Shown here: positions 60,612 through 64,000 of the stretch, piece by piece
How the letters are laid out: each line of letters starts with the position of its first letter
Position numbering within the stretch: the first letter of the stretch is position 1
Assembly (NCBI GenBank): GCA_949493535.1
Contig: CASZWJ010000002.1
Location: 18,287 to 82,286, forward strand
Direction: 5' to 3'
Source of the DNA: an uncultured Alphaproteobacteria bacterium
GTDB lineage: Bacteria; Pseudomonadota; Alphaproteobacteria; RF32; CAG-239
DNA length: 64,000 nt
Position numbers and translations under genes: made by a program
Notes under the pieces: generated by a model
Databases searched by the model: none
What the model was told of the DNA's origin: nothing
The model's input: only the letters and a program-made list of their open reading frames with translations

Positions 60612-61304
60612 ATGACAGATAAAGCAAATATTTCGAGTGACGGACACAGGCAAAGAATCAGGGATAAATTTTTGAAAAACGGAGGCTCCTCTTTTGCTGA
60701 TTATGAGCTTTTGGAAGCTTATCTGACGATTGCTATTCCCAGACGCGATGTTAAGCCTTTAGCGAAACAATTGATTGCAAAATTCGGAAGTTTTGCAGAT
60801 GTAATCAGTGCTAAAAGCGAGGATTTACTCGCCGTCAGCGGTGTCGGTGAAAATACGGTTTTTGCTTTGAAAATGGTGCAGGAAGCTTCTAAACGCCTGA
60901 GTTGGGAAGTGCTTAAAAATTCGGATGCTCCCGTTATTGCCAGTATGGATGCTTTGGTTGATTATTGCCGTATGAGTATGGCTTATCAGGATGTGGAAGA
61001 ATTCAGGTTAATTTATCTGAACGGCAAGAATATGGTGATAGGTGAAAATGTCCAGCAAAAAGGGACTGTTAACCACGTGGCTATTCATCCGCGGGAAGTT
61101 GTTAAAGCCGCGCTGGAGAAAAAAGCCAGTGCTGTGATTATGGTTCACAACCACCCGACGGGGGATACGACTCCGTCAAAAGCAGATATTGATGTTACCC
61201 GTAAAGTCAAAGAAGCTTTAGATGCAATGGGTATTGTTTTACATGATCATGTGATTGTCGGTAAGTTTGGTTATTACAGCTTTCGCGATGCCGGTTTAAT
61301 TTAG
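60612..61304 (+). CDS. radC: RadC/JAB-domain protein
   Basis: GHRQR, DYELLE, HPREV, HNHPTGDTTPSKAD, DHVIV. Confidence 0.95.
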   Translation: MTDKANISSDGHRQRIRDKFLKNGGSSFADYELLEAYLTIAIPRRDVKPLAKQLIAKFGSFADVISAKSEDLLAVSGVGENTVFALKMVQEASKRLSWEVLKNSDAPVIASMDALVDYCRMSMAYQDVEEFRLIYLNGKNMVIGENVQQKGTVNHVAIHPREVVKAALEKKASAVIMVHNHPTGDTTPSKADIDVTRKVKEALDAMGIVLHDHVIVGKFGYYSFRDAGLI

Positions 61305-61417
61305 GCTAAAAAAAGTGCTTGCAAAATAAAATTAAAACGGTAAATATAAGAGCGCTTGGGAGTTAAATAGAGCGCCCAAAGCCTTAATTAAATATTATTT
61401 TGAATACCAGATATAAT

Positions 61418-61494
61418 CGGGACTTAGCTCAGCCTGGTAGAGCGCTTGCTTTGGGAGCAAGATGTCGTAGGTTCGAATCCTATAGTCCCGACCA
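61418..61494 (+). tRNA. tRNA-Pro(TGG)
   Basis: CGGGACT...CTTGC-TTTGGGA-GCAAG...GTTCGAATC...AGTCCCGACCA. Confidence 0.97.
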
Positions 61495-61714
61495 ATAAAA
61501 AAAGCACCGGAGGGTGCTTTTTTTATTGGATTGCGGACTTGGATTTGAACCTACGAAAAAGTAGGTTCGACAACCAGCGAGAGCGAGACGGAAGTATCGC
61601 GGTCTGCTGAAAGCAGATGAGCGCCCGTGCGATGGAGTGAAACGGAGTCAATCCTATCGTCCCGACCAATAAAAAAAGCGCCTTTGGGCGCTTTTTTTGT
61701 GGATTGCGGACTTG
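61476..61714 (+). repeat. tRNA-linked direct repeat (174-bp period)
   Basis: AATCCTATAGTCCCGACCA (61476-61494) repeated as AATCCTATCGTCCCGACCA (61650-61668), each followed by a terminator and GGATTGCGGACTTG. Confidence 0.9.
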
Positions 61715-61726
61715 TGAAAAATAATT

Positions 61727-63148
61727 TTAATCGCGGTATTTTCCTAATTGCGGCAATAGCAATAATTGAGACTGCGGGTTTGCCAAAATCTGCAATCCGC
61801 GTTTGCCAAGGCTTGCATTTTCCAAAGCGAGTGAAAACGTATGGAACGGAGTGTTATCGGCAACGGCTGAGTTTTTCTTAGTGACAAAGCCCATATGATG
61901 ACCGTTTTCTTCATTTTTCAACCTGATTTCATTGCCCTTTTCATCTTTGGTTGTAAAATCCTGCGGCAGTTTCATAGCTATAATGAAATTTCTGCCGTCT
62001 TCCATTGTTGTTAACCTGTAGTTTCCTTTATCATTTTCTTGAAAACGGCATAGCTTGTATTGTTCGGGATTAAACATATTAATGAACGGTTCTTTGCGCA
62101 AGTGGTCATCAGCGTAGTTGCTCATAAAATGCATTCCTGAGTATTTGCTGTTTTTTTGTATTGGCAAAAAGGCATAACTGACAACGAAAATATTTTGCAA
62201 AGCTTCTTTGACGGTTTGTTTGTCATAAATTTGTTCTGCTAAATGTGAAAAAGCGTTTATCCAACGGTGTGCGTGAGCCATTCCGGCACAATAACCGACA
62301 ATTGTTATGTTCCCGCAGCAGCGTTTGAATGTTTCTTTATCATGAGGCGAACCTGATTTGATGTTATATTTATCGTCTATTTTTATTTCTTTGCCTAAAA
62401 AACGGGAAAAATTTTTAGCAACAAAGTTCATGTCAACGTTTGTAAAGTAATTTTCAGGATTGCGAATAGTTTTTAAACATAGAGCAAATTTTTCGCCTCG
62501 GGGCTGTTCGATTGGAAAATGCGCTAAATAAACGTCTGCTTCCGAACCAAAAATCTTTTTGTTATCTAAAGTTTTCCCCATAAATTCAGATGTCCAGAAT
62601 TGCAAAACTTCCTGCTCTCCTTGTACATGGAATGGCATGGATAAAAAGAGATTGTGCCTTTCGGGATTGACAATAAAACCGTAATTATTGAACTTTGCAT
62701 GGCTGATTGTATCAGGATTGTGTATCTTCCAAAATTGATAGTCACAGTTTTTATGAAATACATATTTACTATTTTCGATATTGCCGGAGCAATCTACCGA
62801 ATATTGAGCAGCGGCTTGATAAAGCTCAATCAGCTCCGGTGCCGTTGCTTGGGTGTTGCTCAAAGTTTCAAAAACCTCTTGCGCATCTCGGATATACCCG
62901 CTCAACTGCAAGGAAAAAGTCAATAGATTTTTTTCATCTATGTTGTGTGGCAGTGTCGGAACCGTTTTTTCTCCGCAACGGGATAAGAAACGGTTAATGG
63001 CTTGTTCAAAACGGCAAATGCGCTTATGCTTCAGTATATTGCCAAGCGTATTGCGTTTTTGTTCGTCATTTTGTTGCAAAAGCGGTTGATTTGTTACATT
63101 GCTTATAAAAGCAGCTCTGATTGCTTTTGCTAATGGATTAGTTTGCAT
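61727..63148 (-). CDS. Hypothetical protein, possible remote alpha/beta hydrolase
   Basis: 473 aa; ITIVGYCAG elbow-like motif, late NGHH. Confidence 0.55.
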   Translation of the reverse strand: MQTNPLAKAIRAAFISNVTNQPLLQQNDEQKRNTLGNILKHKRICRFEQAINRFLSRCGEKTVPTLPHNIDEKNLLTFSLQLSGYIRDAQEVFETLSNTQATAPELIELYQAAAQYSVDCSGNIENSKYVFHKNCDYQFWKIHNPDTISHAKFNNYGFIVNPERHNLFLSMPFHVQGEQEVLQFWTSEFMGKTLDNKKIFGSEADVYLAHFPIEQPRGEKFALCLKTIRNPENYFTNVDMNFVAKNFSRFLGKEIKIDDKYNIKSGSPHDKETFKRCCGNITIVGYCAGMAHAHRWINAFSHLAEQIYDKQTVKEALQNIFVVSYAFLPIQKNSKYSGMHFMSNYADDHLRKEPFINMFNPEQYKLCRFQENDKGNYRLTTMEDGRNFIIAMKLPQDFTTKDEKGNEIRLKNEENGHHMGFVTKKNSAVADNTPFHTFSLALENASLGKRGLQILANPQSQLLLLPQLGKYRD

Positions 63149-63222
63149 TTTTTTTCTACTTGTACAAAATTTTTATGTGAGTTATGAAATATTATATCTC
63201 TATATACTGAAAAAGGAGTTTT

Positions 63223-63924
63223 GTGGTGTCACTTTTTAATAATAAATGTTACAAATGCGGAAAATGCGGCGAAAATCCCGATAAATTGGTTATTTTTGTC
63301 CATGGTTATAATGGTTCTCCTGAGGCAATTCACTATGCGATTCAATGGCTTAGTGAAAAATTGGAAAATGCGGTCATTGTTGTGCCGAGAGCGCCGTATA
63401 CTTGTGAAAAAAATGCGGAAAATTTGCAATGGCTGAGCTTTTTTAAGTCAGATCCGGAAATAAAATTTAAGGATTCTGCAACTCCGACAGCTGAAATCTT
63501 TGATATTTTTAATAGGCTCGGAGATGATTTTTCTCAAACGGCGACTCAGATGAATGAATTTATTGATGAGCAACAACGTTTATGGAATGTAGCTGATGAC
63601 AATACATATCTTATGGGTTTTTCTCAGGGAGCAATGATTTCTATTTATACGGCGTTATCCCGTTCTCGGCAGCTCGGAGGTTGTATTTCCGTGGCCGGAA
63701 TTATTGCCGGTAAAGACAGACTGGCGACAGAAATTGTTTCCCGTCCGCCGTTTTTGCTGCTGCACGGAAAAGTTGACACGACGGTTCAGTATAAGACGGT
63801 TCCCGATACGTTGGCGTGGTTGAAAAGCCATCAGATTGATTTTGAATTTTTTGACTTTGACGGGCTTGCTCATCGGATGAGTGAAGATGAAATGCAAAAG
63901 GTTGCTGATTTTATAAACAGTTAG
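63223..63924 (+). CDS. Phospholipase/carboxylesterase (alpha/beta hydrolase)
   Basis: FVHGYNG, GFSQG, LHGKVDTTV, LAH. Confidence 0.9.
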   Translation: MVSLFNNKCYKCGKCGENPDKLVIFVHGYNGSPEAIHYAIQWLSEKLENAVIVVPRAPYTCEKNAENLQWLSFFKSDPEIKFKDSATPTAEIFDIFNRLGDDFSQTATQMNEFIDEQQRLWNVADDNTYLMGFSQGAMISIYTALSRSRQLGGCISVAGIIAGKDRLATEIVSRPPFLLLHGKVDTTVQYKTVPDTLAWLKSHQIDFEFFDFDGLAHRMSEDEMQKVADFINS

Positions 63925-63957
63925 GCATTTTGTTTTTCTATTTTGACAGACAGAATT

Positions 63958-63989
63958 AAAAAAAACACTCCCGAAGGAGTGTTTTTTTT
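63958..63989. terminator. Intrinsic terminator
   Basis: AAAAAACACTCC-cgaa-GGAGTGTTTTTT. Confidence 0.85.
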
Positions 63990-64000
63990 GATTGGTGATC

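Overview
Chromosomal segment of an alphaproteobacterium, judged from the two-piece tmRNA followed by alpha-type sspB, lpxI-lpxB, rpiB-glyA-nrdR and sfsA-map-radC. A reduced, host-associated Rhodospirillales-like lineage is my inference. The backbone is housekeeping: lpxB, comEC, prfC, tig, clpPX, rpiB, glyA, murF, nrdR, nusB, def, fmt, glmM, trmJ, mnmA, cysE, thyX, dut, alaS, map, radC, four tRNAs and tmRNA. The main novelty candidate is the locus at 29.4-37.0 kb. There an RTX-repeat protein carries an FrpC-type self-processing module (SPM) that is present in three copies. The copies separate AT-rich cassettes, each made of a conserved promoter, small membrane-protein gene(s) and an unrelated N-terminal domain. 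This looks like a polymorphic toxin/immunity array that swaps its N-terminus rather than its C-terminus. Other accessory features: four paralogous GT-C-like glycosyltransferases around a GT2 inserted between tig and clpP; two related palindromic elements, one inside the tmRNA intervening segment; tRNA-linked repeats; and a long hairpin behind a poly(A)-spaced promoter. All calls come from reading the sequence and ORF track; no searches were run.
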